Assembly: GCA_044224875.1 (NCBI GenBank)
Contig: JBGAJQ010000009.1
Coordinates: forward strand, 1 to 64,000
Source of the DNA: Gemmatimonadaceae bacterium
Lineage (GTDB): Bacteria; Gemmatimonadota; Gemmatimonadetes; Gemmatimonadales; Gemmatimonadaceae
Direction of reading: 5' to 3'
DNA: 64,000 nucleotides
Each line of letters opens with the position of its first letter. Within the stretch, counting starts at the first letter, position 1. A model generated the notes under the pieces. The model was not told where the DNA came from, did no database searches, and was given only the letters and a program-made list of their open reading frames with translations. The position numbers were made by a program, and so were the translations under genes. Positions 18,324-27,694 of the stretch are shown here, one piece after another.

Positions 18324-21092
18324 CTAACGTGACGTGGCCAGCGGCACGAGCGTGCCGTCGCCCACGAGCATCAGCGTGGCCCAAATGGCGGGTGAGAGGC
18401 GGAGCCGCACAGCCTCGAGCTTGGCCCGCCGCAGGGCATCGTCCAGCGGTGCGCCGGCGCCGAGGGCTCGATAGAACTGTTGCATGAACGTGGCCATGCC
18501 ACGATCGCTCACCGGCCAATATGTGGCAACTACCGCACGGGCGCCCGCCTCCAGGAACGGCGCCGTGAGCCCCTGCAGCCCCTCGCCGTTCGCGACCACT
18601 CCCCCAAGCGTACGGCACGCCGAGAGGACGACGAGCGCGTTGGTGAGCGGCAGTCGGCTGATTTCGTCGACGCCGACCCGGCCATCTTCTCCGTCACCCG
18701 CCGTCAGGTAGAACGCACTGCGAGTCAGGCCAAAGTCCTCGACCTCGGCATGCGTGGCCACGTGAAGCAGGCCGACGTCAGGCCAATTCGCCTGCTTCAA
18801 TCGGCGCTCGCTGGCATCGACGCCCACCGCGACCTCGCTGTGCTGGAACGCGGCCGCCACGGCCCGAGCCTCCCCGCGCGCAAAGGGCAGGGCAGGGCGT
18901 GCCGATCCCGCGGCCTGGCGAGGGTCGGCAAACACCAGTGCGGCGCGGCGGTTCGCCCGGACGGGTGCGCGCCACCACTCGAGTGCGATCCGCGCCGATG
19001 GTGCCAGGGCAATCGAGAACCGCTCCACGACCAGCTGACCCGTCGGCAACCGCAGGGCATCGAACGGCAGCCGGTGCAATGGGCCATCGGGCACCACCAC
19101 GAGATGGTCGGCAGCTCCAACAAGGGCCAACCACGGGTCGAACACCGCCACTGCCAACGTTCGTGCGAGTCCTGAACCAGGCAGTCCGCCCTCGAGGGCC
19201 CTGGCCAGGCGCGCAATGGGCTCGACCAACGAGTCGGCCTGCGGAAGCCGGACGGCATGGACGCCCTCGCGGGTGATGACGAATGCCGTGGTCGGCTCGC
19301 GCCCGCGGCCGGTCACGAACTCGATGAGTGCCGTTCCCCGCGGCAACTCGGCGCGCAGGCTGTCGATGCTGATCGGATCCTGCACGACGCGTGACCGTCG
19401 GCGCGGATCGACCGGCGCGGGGTCCGCCGACATGGCTTGCCGCCGCTCCAGCTGCAACCAGAGGTGACGCGCCCGCTCCTGCTCGGCGATCGCGAAGGCT
19501 TGCGACACGCGCCCGTTGTCTGCAAACGCGTCCACGATCGTCGCCAGCCCCAGGTCCGTATCGAAATCCTTGCGACGCCCCTGCAACATGGCCACCCGCT
19601 GCTCACGCGATGTCATGAGATCGCGCCAGGCGTCGAGTCCGAGTGTGCCACGCTCAAAGTACGCGGCCGCCTCGTCGAACCGGCCGCGAAGGGCCAGGGC
19701 TTCGGCCGCTCGCATGTCCGCGTCGAACCGGAAATGCAGGGCGTCCCCCGTACTCTCCCGAAAGCGCGCGAAGTTGGAGCTGGCGACTTCGTAATCGTGC
19801 TCCAGGAGGGCCAGCCGTCCGCGCAGGTAGTACTGGTCCGCCGCGAGGTAGCCCGTGAGGCGACGAGCGGTCGCCAGTGCCAGCGCGTCATCGAGTCGAC
19901 GCCGCGCGACTGCCGCGTCGCCACGGTCGATCGCCGTCGACACTAGCTGAAACATCCCGTAAGCACGCGACGCTTCGAAGCGAAGCTCGGCATAGCGTCG
20001 CCTGGCCTGCGTGTACGCGCTATCCGCGTCGTCGAGGTGCCCAGCGATGTAGCTGGCGTCGCCAAGCACCAGCGCCGCGGCCGCGAGTCCGGAGCGGTCG
20101 CTGAGCGCATGGAAGGCCGGCTCGGCGGCGCGGGCGGTTCGAATCGCGAGTGCCGCATCACCCACCCGCAACGCCGCTTGGGCAAGGTTGAGCTGCGCCC
20201 AGGGAATCACCAGGGCATTGCCACTGTGGTTCGCGGCCAAGATGGCCCGTTCGGCGGCCGACCTGGCAGACCAGAAGGATCCGTTGAATTGTGCATGCAG
20301 GTACGCGGTAAACTGCTCGAGGCTCGCCAACGCGTGTTCATCGCGACCAAGCGTGAACGCGGCCGCCGCCGGAGCGAGCGCCTCGAGCGCCGCCTTTGGT
20401 CGGCCGAGTGCTTCGAGCGTTTGCGCGTGTGCCATTCGGCAGCGGCCAATGAGCCGTGGTGAGCCACGCCGCTCTGCCGCGTCAATTGCGGCTCGAAGGA
20501 GTGTGTCCGAGCGCTGTGGATTCACCGCGCGCCACGCCGCCCCTCGGGAGCACCGAATCGACAAGACCTGCTCCTCATCCAGCGCACTCGCGAGCGCCTC
20601 GGCGCGTCGCAGTAGTGCGTTGGCAGAGTCGAAGCCGACGGCACGCGACACGAGTGGCTGAAGGGCAATCAATGCGTCGGCCTCGGCGCCCGGCGCATGC
20701 AGGGCCGGCGCAGTACTTACGACACGAAGCAGCAAGGCGCTTGCCTCTGCGCTCCGCCAACGCATGGCAGCGAGAAGCCCGCGCCCAAGCATCGCGTACA
20801 GCGACCACAAGTCGCTCGGCACTGTGTCTCGGGCGACCCGGGCATAGTGCGACTCCGCCTCGTCGTACCGATATGTGAAGCGCGCAATTGAGGCCAGCGC
20901 GAGCGATTCGCGCTGGCGGCCCCCGCCCCACTTTGGTGCGGCCAGCGCGACGACCCGGCGAAACGCCGCAGCGGAATCCACCGAAGCCGCGTGTTCGGCC
21001 GCAACCACCGCTGCGCGAACGTCACGTTCGGTTGCGGCCTGAGACGGGACGGCGGCGGCTGCAACCGCGACCTGGAGAGCGAGGCGGAACAT
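18324..21092 (-). CDS. TPR-CHAT (caspase-like) protease with N-terminal signal peptide
   Basis: VVPDGPLHRLPF, LHVATHA (His) and VVLSACRT (Cys), then VVATYWPVSD; helical repeats in the N-terminal part. Confidence 0.9.
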   Translation of the reverse strand: MFRLALQVAVAAAAVPSQAATERDVRAAVVAAEHAASVDSAAAFRRVVALAAPKWGGGRQRESLALASIARFTYRYDEAESHYARVARDTVPSDLWSLYAMLGRGLLAAMRWRSAEASALLLRVVSTAPALHAPGAEADALIALQPLVSRAVGFDSANALLRRAEALASALDEEQVLSIRCSRGAAWRAVNPQRSDTLLRAAIDAAERRGSPRLIGRCRMAHAQTLEALGRPKAALEALAPAAAAFTLGRDEHALASLEQFTAYLHAQFNGSFWSARSAAERAILAANHSGNALVIPWAQLNLAQAALRVGDAALAIRTARAAEPAFHALSDRSGLAAAALVLGDASYIAGHLDDADSAYTQARRRYAELRFEASRAYGMFQLVSTAIDRGDAAVARRRLDDALALATARRLTGYLAADQYYLRGRLALLEHDYEVASSNFARFRESTGDALHFRFDADMRAAEALALRGRFDEAAAYFERGTLGLDAWRDLMTSREQRVAMLQGRRKDFDTDLGLATIVDAFADNGRVSQAFAIAEQERARHLWLQLERRQAMSADPAPVDPRRRSRVVQDPISIDSLRAELPRGTALIEFVTGRGREPTTAFVITREGVHAVRLPQADSLVEPIARLARALEGGLPGSGLARTLAVAVFDPWLALVGAADHLVVVPDGPLHRLPFDALRLPTGQLVVERFSIALAPSARIALEWWRAPVRANRRAALVFADPRQAAGSARPALPFARGEARAVAAAFQHSEVAVGVDASERRLKQANWPDVGLLHVATHAEVEDFGLTRSAFYLTAGDGEDGRVGVDEISRLPLTNALVVLSACRTLGGVVANGEGLQGLTAPFLEAGARAVVATYWPVSDRGMATFMQQFYRALGAGAPLDDALRRAKLEAVRLRLSPAIWATLMLVGDGTLVPLATSR

Positions 21093-21282
21093 GCGCGAAA
21101 TCTACGGTTTCTCCGCGATCGAGCCGAGCTGTTTGCCATGGGGATCGGCAGCTCGCAACAGGCGGGTGACCGGTCTCGGCATGCTAGGTGAGAAAAAGCC
21201 AGAGGTGACAGCGTCACACCCTCAGACGGGGATCCGCCACCCGGGAGTTCGGCTGCCCCAATGACCTTCGGGAGGGACGCGT

Positions 21283-23454
21283 ATGCATCGGCATTTTGGG
21301 ACCATCGCCTGTGGCTACTTGCTTGTGGTGGCAGCGTGCCGTGACCAAGCCGGTCCGCTTGGTCCTGCACCGGCGCGGGTTCCCGCGCTGGCGAGCAGCG
21401 CAGCAGTTGTCCCGACGCAATACGCGGTCTCGCTCGACGTGCAGACGAGCTATGCGCTCGCAGTGAATCGGTTCGGCACCGCGGTGGGTGTGAACAGCGC
21501 TGGCAATGCCGGCGGCTTCCTGAGCGGTGAGTCGATAGGGGGGCTCACCCCCGGCCCTGGATGCGCCCTCGCGGAGGACATCAACGACTCGGACACGGTT
21601 GTTGGAACTGACTGCGTATTGGGCCCCTGGGTCAGCACCGCGTTCGGACCAGCTTCACCATTGGCACCGCCGCCCGGAGGCGCCAGTGGTGGTGGCAGTG
21701 GTGGTGCTCGAGCGATCAGCAACAACGGCTTCATCGTCGGTCACTGGTACATCAACTCGGTCGGAAGTCGCCGGCCGGTGGTGTGGGATGCATCCGGGTC
21801 GCCAGTGGTGTACGACGATCTCGATCCCGTCGACGATTGCTTTGCTGTGGGTCAGGGGATCTCGCCTGACGGTGCCAACGTAGCCGGGTGGAGCGAGGTG
21901 GGGTGTCAGTCCGGTGGAGTAAGCCAACACGCTGTGCTCTGGACGAACGGGAATCCTACGGACCTTTTTCGCGGCTCCGGCAACGACGTAACCAATAGCG
22001 GAATCGTGATTGGGACCGCGGCCGGACCTTATCACGCGATGGCATGGGATGGGGGAAACGCCATCGATATCAATCCGGCGGGACTTTGCGTCGAGTCAGC
22101 GGGTGTTGCAATCGTGGAGTCCACGAGCGGCGATGTCTTGGCGGCGGGATACTGCACCACGGGGACCGGCCTATCGACGCAAACATTCGGCATTGTGTGG
22201 AGCCGAAATGCCGGCTGGGCGCCCATTGCGATTCTCGACGTGTTCTCGGCGGTCTTGCACGATGCGGTGGTCACTGACATCAGTCCATCCGGTGTGATTG
22301 TCGGTTACGCAAAGGACCGCGTTGGTCGGGAGTACGCTGTCGCATGGGACCTTGGGAATCGTGCGCCAACCGTGAGCGTGGCCGGCCCCATCGTTGGCAC
22401 GGAAGGCGTGGCGTTGCAGCTGACCGCGACAGCGACCGATCCCGATGGCGATGCCCTCGTGTTCGACTGGGACTTCGGTGACGGGAGCCCGCATGGGTCG
22501 GGCGCGACCGTTGGGCATACCTATGCCGTGGCCGGGACGTATGCGCTGACGGTCACCGCCACCGATCCACGCCTGCTGAGCGGAAGGGCCTCCACGACGG
22601 CGACGATCTCGCCAGCCGGCGGCGTCAATGTTCCGCCCGTTGCCGACGCTGGTGGCCCCTACGCTGGCGTCGAAGGCACGTCGATCCAGCTCGACGGATC
22701 GCAGTCGTTCGATCCGGACAACTCACCGTTAGGGATCTCCTTCGAGTGGGACTTTGGCGACGGGTCGGCGACCAGCAGTGCGACGTCACCAAGCCATACG
22801 TATCAGGACAATGGCACGTACTCGGTCATTTTGCGCGTCGCCGACTTCAATGACACGACCACCGCGACGGTGCAGGTGACGGTTGGCAACGTCGCGCCCA
22901 CCGGGGTACTCGTTGCCCCAAGCAGCGTCGTTCAAGGTACTCCGTTCTCGATGAGCCTCGTGTCACTCGTGGATCCATCGCCGATTGACCTGGCGAGCCT
23001 CACGTTCGAATTCGACTGCGCCACGGGAGCCTTCGGCCCTGCGCAATCGTCACCAACCGTCAGCTGCACGAACGCGAACGTCGGCACCCTTCCGGTGCAG
23101 ATACGCGTGACGGACAAGGACGGTGGTGCCAGTACCTATGCGCAGGCGTTCAGCGTGCGCAATGCGGCGCCAGTCGTGCGCATCCTTGGGGCGAGACGGG
23201 TGGTGTTGCCCGTTGGCGGTACGCTGGCCATCACGGGAGGATTCGCCGATGCCGGCACAAACGACGCGCCGTGGCAGGGTACTGTGACGTGGGGCGCGGG
23301 CCAGGGCAACACGCAGCTCGGAAGCGTACTGCCGCGTACGCCGCTCACAGCCAGCCACGTGTACAACCAGGCCGGGCGGTTCGAAGTCTGGCTAACGGTT
23401 GTGGATCGGCATGGTGGCGTGGGGCGGAACGCGATCGTCGTCGTGGTGCAGTAG
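21283..23454 (+). CDS. Secreted lipoprotein with HAF-type repeats and PKD domains
   Basis: LLVVAAC lipobox; HAVLW, HAMAW and YAVAW repeats; two WDFGDG PKD motifs plus further Ig-like units. Confidence 0.85.
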   Translation: MHRHFGTIACGYLLVVAACRDQAGPLGPAPARVPALASSAAVVPTQYAVSLDVQTSYALAVNRFGTAVGVNSAGNAGGFLSGESIGGLTPGPGCALAEDINDSDTVVGTDCVLGPWVSTAFGPASPLAPPPGGASGGGSGGARAISNNGFIVGHWYINSVGSRRPVVWDASGSPVVYDDLDPVDDCFAVGQGISPDGANVAGWSEVGCQSGGVSQHAVLWTNGNPTDLFRGSGNDVTNSGIVIGTAAGPYHAMAWDGGNAIDINPAGLCVESAGVAIVESTSGDVLAAGYCTTGTGLSTQTFGIVWSRNAGWAPIAILDVFSAVLHDAVVTDISPSGVIVGYAKDRVGREYAVAWDLGNRAPTVSVAGPIVGTEGVALQLTATATDPDGDALVFDWDFGDGSPHGSGATVGHTYAVAGTYALTVTATDPRLLSGRASTTATISPAGGVNVPPVADAGGPYAGVEGTSIQLDGSQSFDPDNSPLGISFEWDFGDGSATSSATSPSHTYQDNGTYSVILRVADFNDTTTATVQVTVGNVAPTGVLVAPSSVVQGTPFSMSLVSLVDPSPIDLASLTFEFDCATGAFGPAQSSPTVSCTNANVGTLPVQIRVTDKDGGASTYAQAFSVRNAAPVVRILGARRVVLPVGGTLAITGGFADAGTNDAPWQGTVTWGAGQGNTQLGSVLPRTPLTASHVYNQAGRFEVWLTVVDRHGGVGRNAIVVVVQ

Positions 23455-23595
23455 CCCGATTGCCAACACGGCGGAGCACCGCGTCTGCGGATGCTCACGG
23501 AAGACGCATGGGCTGCGCGGGTACCGCGACTTGTCCGTGCGTCGCTCGTCTCCGTCGCATGACGGCGCCTGAGTCGTGCGCGCGTGCGCGCGGTG

Positions 23596-23766
23596 TCAAT
23601 CGTGCGACTTCGCGATCATCCGCAGCATGCGCAAGTTGATCACAATGAACCGCCACGCCTGCCAGGGGAGGAAGGTCCTCATCGCCACCGTGCGAGGGGT
23701 AGGAGCAGGCACAAACCGCGTGTCCTCAGTTGGCACGGGTGTGAGTGGTACCGAGTCAGGGCTCAT
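23596..23766 (-). CDS. Small protein (56 aa) downstream of sqr, not in the ORF track
   Basis: GGAAGGA RBS; MSPDSVPLTPVPTEDTRFVPAPTPRTVAMRTFLPWQAWRFIVINLRMLRMIAKSHD; starts 25 bp after the sqr stop. Confidence 0.65.
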   Translation of the reverse strand: MSPDSVPLTPVPTEDTRFVPAPTPRTVAMRTFLPWQAWRFIVINLRMLRMIAKSHD

Positions 23767-23791
23767 GTTCCTTCCAAAGTCGCAGGTGCGG

Positions 23792-25249
23792 TCATTCAGG
23801 GATGATCTGCCAGCCGAACTTTGCCTTGGCCTTGTAGATGAATGCGTAGTGCAACAGCCGCTTGATCCAGTGGGCGCCGAGGCCGATCTCCCCGAAGGTC
23901 ATCTTCAAGTCGCGGCCGTATTGCGGGAAGCGCTCGTAGTCGGGCACGATCGGATACATGGTCATGGCGGCGGCGGTGCCTTTCAAGAGGGACGCACCGG
24001 CAGATGCAACGCAGGCAGCCCCCATGCGAGCCATGGACGCGCGGTGGGGCTTGGCCGTACTGCCACCCTTGATCATGTCGGCGATGGTCTTCGCGACGGT
24101 GCGACCCATGATGCCGGAGGGCATGCCGGTCCGCGGCGGTGAGGGCGTGATGACGGTTCCGTTGGGACTCTTGCGCGGCTGTGAGATCTGGTGGGGCGGG
24201 GCGAAGGCGATGCCAACCGCGAAGATGTTCGGATACTTCGGCGTCTGGTATGTCGACGGCCAGTCGGAGGCTTTCCACGCGTCGTGTGGCCGCGGTGTGT
24301 AATCGGCGTCAACGCGCATAAAACCGTTAGGCGCGAAGAGATCGGCGGTCGTGTCGGCGCCGGCTCGATCGAAGGACTTGAGGCCGACGCCGCCAAAGGG
24401 AGGCAGGAGCATGGCAAAGTCGAACGACAATTCGTGGTGCTCGCCATCCAGTGTCTCGAAGAACACCTTGCCCGGCTCCACGCGTTCCACATGCGCGCGC
24501 AGGATCCAGCGAATACCGCGCTCACGATACAACGACTCAGCCCACGTCTTGCTGTGCGTCACGAAGCCGCCAACACCCACGTGAAGACCCGCGACGCCAA
24601 AGTCGCCAAGCTCGTTTTCGTTAGAGAGGTAGATGAGGTCGGCCATCTCGCGCACACCGCGCGTCCGCAGTTCATGCTCGACATTGAACACGTACTCGAA
24701 CGCGGCTCCTTCGCACGTACATGTCCCGTGGCTGGTTCCGATCACCAACGTTTGTCTGGAACCGGCGCGCATTCGCTCCACCACGCGTTCGAACGCCTGC
24801 GAGGCTTCCTTGGCGTGGTTGGCGGTGCACACGGACATCGAGTGTCCGTCTGGCCCAAGTCCAGGGACCGCGCCGAAGTTCAATTTCGGACCCGTAGCGT
24901 TCACCAGGAAGTCAAACGCGATTCGCTCCACCTCGCCCTTTCGTTCCGGGCTGGTATGTTCGACCACGACAAAGGGTGCGTCGCTCTGTCCATCGCCTTC
25001 GGGCCACACCTGCGTACCCTTGGCCTGCACGTAGGTAATGCCGAGCTTCTTGTAGACGGGTGCGAGTGGGAAGGTGACGTCTTCCACCGTCATGAGCCCC
25101 ACACCGACCCAGATGTTGGAGGGAATCCAATTCCACAGGCTGTTGGGCGACACGACGATCACTTCATGTTCACGCCCCAGCTGCTTCCGGAGCCGCGTGG
25201 CGGCGGTGTGTCCGGAAATCCCGGCGCCGAGAATAACAGTACGGCTCAT
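23792..25249 (-). CDS. sqr: Sulfide:quinone oxidoreductase family flavoprotein
   Basis: GAGISG Rossmann motif, WIPSNIWV, SVC, CTCEGAAFEY, PRTG, AACVA, basic-aromatic C-terminal helix. Confidence 0.85.
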   Translation of the reverse strand: MSRTVILGAGISGHTAATRLRKQLGREHEVIVVSPNSLWNWIPSNIWVGVGLMTVEDVTFPLAPVYKKLGITYVQAKGTQVWPEGDGQSDAPFVVVEHTSPERKGEVERIAFDFLVNATGPKLNFGAVPGLGPDGHSMSVCTANHAKEASQAFERVVERMRAGSRQTLVIGTSHGTCTCEGAAFEYVFNVEHELRTRGVREMADLIYLSNENELGDFGVAGLHVGVGGFVTHSKTWAESLYRERGIRWILRAHVERVEPGKVFFETLDGEHHELSFDFAMLLPPFGGVGLKSFDRAGADTTADLFAPNGFMRVDADYTPRPHDAWKASDWPSTYQTPKYPNIFAVGIAFAPPHQISQPRKSPNGTVITPSPPRTGMPSGIMGRTVAKTIADMIKGGSTAKPHRASMARMGAACVASAGASLLKGTAAAMTMYPIVPDYERFPQYGRDLKMTFGEIGLGAHWIKRLLHYAFIYKAKAKFGWQIIPE

Positions 25250-25321
25250 GACGGCTCCTGCATCCCTGGAAGGTTAGGCCCGACGCCTTGCTCTGGCACC
25301 GTAAGCCCGGCATTATACGCT

Positions 25322-25368
25322 GCTATATAGCCATATAGTTGTATAGTACTTCCGGTCCTGAATGTCAA
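25322..25368 (-). promoter_or_regulatory. Sigma70-like promoter of sqr with adjacent AT-rich palindrome
   Basis: Minus strand TTGACA (25368-25363), 17-bp spacer, TATACA (25345-25340); GCTATATAGC palindrome at 25322-25331. Confidence 0.5.
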
Positions 25369-25426
25369 TCAGGGGGAGTCGCGAGCGCCCGAGGTTGGGA
25401 CGTCGGTGGGGGGGGTCCGCCTTTGC

Positions 25427-26794
25427 TTAGGTGCCGTCTGGGAGCCCTCGTGCTTCACCGGCGGTTCTCGCAAGGCGAGCGGCGAACAAGTACTGGCGCG
25501 CGCTTTCCGATCCTCGGCTCGTCAGGGTGCTGTCTCCGGTCTTCGAGTTTCGGCGGAGATGAGGCAGCCGACGGCCGTGCAGAATGCCAACGGTGCGGGC
25601 GTCGTACCCGTGCTTCTTTACCAAACGGAGGAGCGCCTTCGCGCTCACGGTTCCGCCCACTTCATAGATCTCGGCGATTATCGCATTCGTGCCCGCCGCG
25701 GGCATCCGCGGCAGTTCCGCTGTTTCGACCGTAGACGCTGTGTAGTAGCGCCCCTTCTTCTCCCCGTGAGCTTCCAGCAAATGACGGCCCACGAGGATCT
25801 CGAGATGGTAGCGCACGGTGCGGTACGGAATCCCTAACTTCAGCCCGATGGCTGTTGTCGTTCCCCTTCCTGATTGCCTGATGAAGTCGAGGATCTGTTG
25901 TTGTACTGCCGAGAGCTGCAACATCGAGGTCTCCACCTGCAGCTTCGCCTCAAGCGACCGCTTCTGAACGCCTAATGCTCGAAGCAAGAAGATCAGCCAA
26001 TCGCCGAACTTCGCCGGTGCCTTGCGCATCGCGAGCTGTGATGTTCGTAGCGCCGCGTAATAACTCGCCTTGTTCTCTTCGATAACGCGCTCGAGCGAGG
26101 CATACGGCACATACTCGTACCCCGTTCGTAACAGAAGCAGGGTCGTTACGGCGCGCGCCAATCGTCCATTGCCATCCTGGAACGGGTGAATGGCGAGAAA
26201 GTCTACGATGAACCGTGCCAGCACAAACAGAACGTGGACATGACCTAACGCGAAGGCCTCGTTCGTAACGGTGATGAGCTCCGTCATTCTGTGTGGCGTG
26301 TCGAACGGCGACGCAGTATGGAAGACAACTTCCTCCTTGCCGTCGGGATGCTTCGCGACTACATGGTTGTCGAGTTTCTTGTATTCGCCGCGATGACGCG
26401 CGTCCTTTCTCGAGTGTCGCAGGAGAATCCCGTGCAGCTGCTTGAGGTGATTCTCTGTGAGAGAGATTTCGGAATAGCTCTCAAAAACGAGCGTGAGCAG
26501 ATCGCCGTAGCCCCGAACCTCTGCTTCATCGCGCTCGCGAAACGAGTCGACGTGTAGCCCTTCCAGTACTCGCGCGACTTCTTCATCGCTTAACTCGGCG
26601 CCTTCAATCCGCGTCGAACTCGCCGTCGACTCGATCGTTGAGACTTGCCGAAGCTGGGCAAGACGTTCGGCCCGAATCTCGGCAACTCTTCTCCAGTGGC
26701 CTTTGAAATCATCGAGCTCGCCGAGAAGGCGTGTGATCTCGCCCAATTGCGGTCGAGTGAGGTCGGGAAGGTAATCGTCAGCCGTAAGCGTCAT
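25427..26794 (-). CDS. Fic family protein (class II) with C-terminal winged HTH
   Basis: HPFQDGNGRLAR active site; N-terminal STRIEG inhibitory motif; HTH GIPYRTVRYHL. Confidence 0.9.
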   Translation of the reverse strand: MTLTADDYLPDLTRPQLGEITRLLGELDDFKGHWRRVAEIRAERLAQLRQVSTIESTASSTRIEGAELSDEEVARVLEGLHVDSFRERDEAEVRGYGDLLTLVFESYSEISLTENHLKQLHGILLRHSRKDARHRGEYKKLDNHVVAKHPDGKEEVVFHTASPFDTPHRMTELITVTNEAFALGHVHVLFVLARFIVDFLAIHPFQDGNGRLARAVTTLLLLRTGYEYVPYASLERVIEENKASYYAALRTSQLAMRKAPAKFGDWLIFLLRALGVQKRSLEAKLQVETSMLQLSAVQQQILDFIRQSGRGTTTAIGLKLGIPYRTVRYHLEILVGRHLLEAHGEKKGRYYTASTVETAELPRMPAAGTNAIIAEIYEVGGTVSAKALLRLVKKHGYDARTVGILHGRRLPHLRRNSKTGDSTLTSRGSESARQYLFAARLARTAGEARGLPDGT

Positions 26795-26800
26795 TAACGT

Positions 26801-26858
26801 TGCCGATAATTGCTGAAATCCGCCCAATGCCGATAATGTTGCCGATAATTGCCGATAA
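26801..26858. repeat. Four TGCCGATAA direct repeats upstream of fic
   Basis: Copies at 26801, 26828, 26840 and 26850. Confidence 0.85.
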
Positions 26859-26947
26859 GTCTAGGGTTTTGTACGGACTCGAACGGGGGGACGAGCACTC
26901 GGACGAACGCAGGAATCCACTCTCCTCGCGTGTGTCGTAGAAGTCAC

Positions 26948-27631
26948 ATGCAACCCATCATTGCCTCGCGATCCCAAGCTCGAACGGCGGCTGCCTCGAA
27001 GCTGCTGGGACTTCTGTTGGTTGCACTCGCAGTGCTGTTCGCTGCGGACTATGCTCGGTCACCCCAGACAGACCTTCGCCAGTTCGACGGACGAGAGGTC
27101 GGTCGACTAGATGCTGCGATGTGGCGCGCCTACTACGAGCGTCAACGGCTGAAGCTCTTCGCGCTACTCACCGAGTCCCACCGCACGCAGTTTCACGCGA
27201 CCAGAACGCGCGCGATGGTGATGGCCTACCGAGCGGCCAAGGCGGCCTTCGCTTTCAAGGACGGACGGAATCGCGTCGACTACGCGCGGGCGCTTCCTGA
27301 CCTGGAGCGGTACTTCGCAGGGGTCAACGCCATTGCCACCGCACGATTCGACGCACCGGCTGCCGCCCGCGACGAACTTGAGTGGTGGATCATTCGGCGT
27401 GAGCCTGCGTCGCACACCACGGCAGACTGGGAGCGCTTGATTGCCGGGGTAGCGTCCACGATGTATCACGTGCCGCCGGAACGTGTGTCACGCTACGCAA
27501 CGTTGCGCGTGGCGGCGATGGTGTTCCGCGACCAGCGCGGCGAGGCGATCACGGATGCCGATTGGGCGAGAATCACGGCGTTGCTCGAGGAGGCGTGGTC
27601 ATCGTTAGGTGATGCCGTTCGCAGCAGCTGA
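26948..27631 (+). CDS. Hypothetical exported/membrane-anchored helical protein
   Basis: TM segment LLGLLLVALAVLFA; protein-like composition (MWRAYYER, ELEWW). Confidence 0.7.
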   Translation: MQPIIASRSQARTAAASKLLGLLLVALAVLFAADYARSPQTDLRQFDGREVGRLDAAMWRAYYERQRLKLFALLTESHRTQFHATRTRAMVMAYRAAKAAFAFKDGRNRVDYARALPDLERYFAGVNAIATARFDAPAAARDELEWWIIRREPASHTTADWERLIAGVASTMYHVPPERVSRYATLRVAAMVFRDQRGEAITDADWARITALLEEAWSSLGDAVRSS

Positions 27632-27694
27632 GTCGCAGCTATACCGTCGCCACCCGTTGAAGATCAGCGGCGGCAGGCGCCTGGGCCACGACCC

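Noticed and set aside
18324..21092. Type III-E CRISPR (Craspase) locus
   Set aside because: No gRAMP/Cas7-11, Csx30/31 or array; the CHAT has a signal peptide.
21204..21216. GTGAC-AGC-GTCAC palindrome as an ECF promoter or operator
   Set aside because: Only a 5-bp stem, and no clear second copy upstream of the sigma gene.
26801..26858. CRISPR array (also considered for the GGGGAC repeats)
   Set aside because: Repeats are only 9-10 bp, lack regular 30-40 bp spacers, and no cas genes are present.
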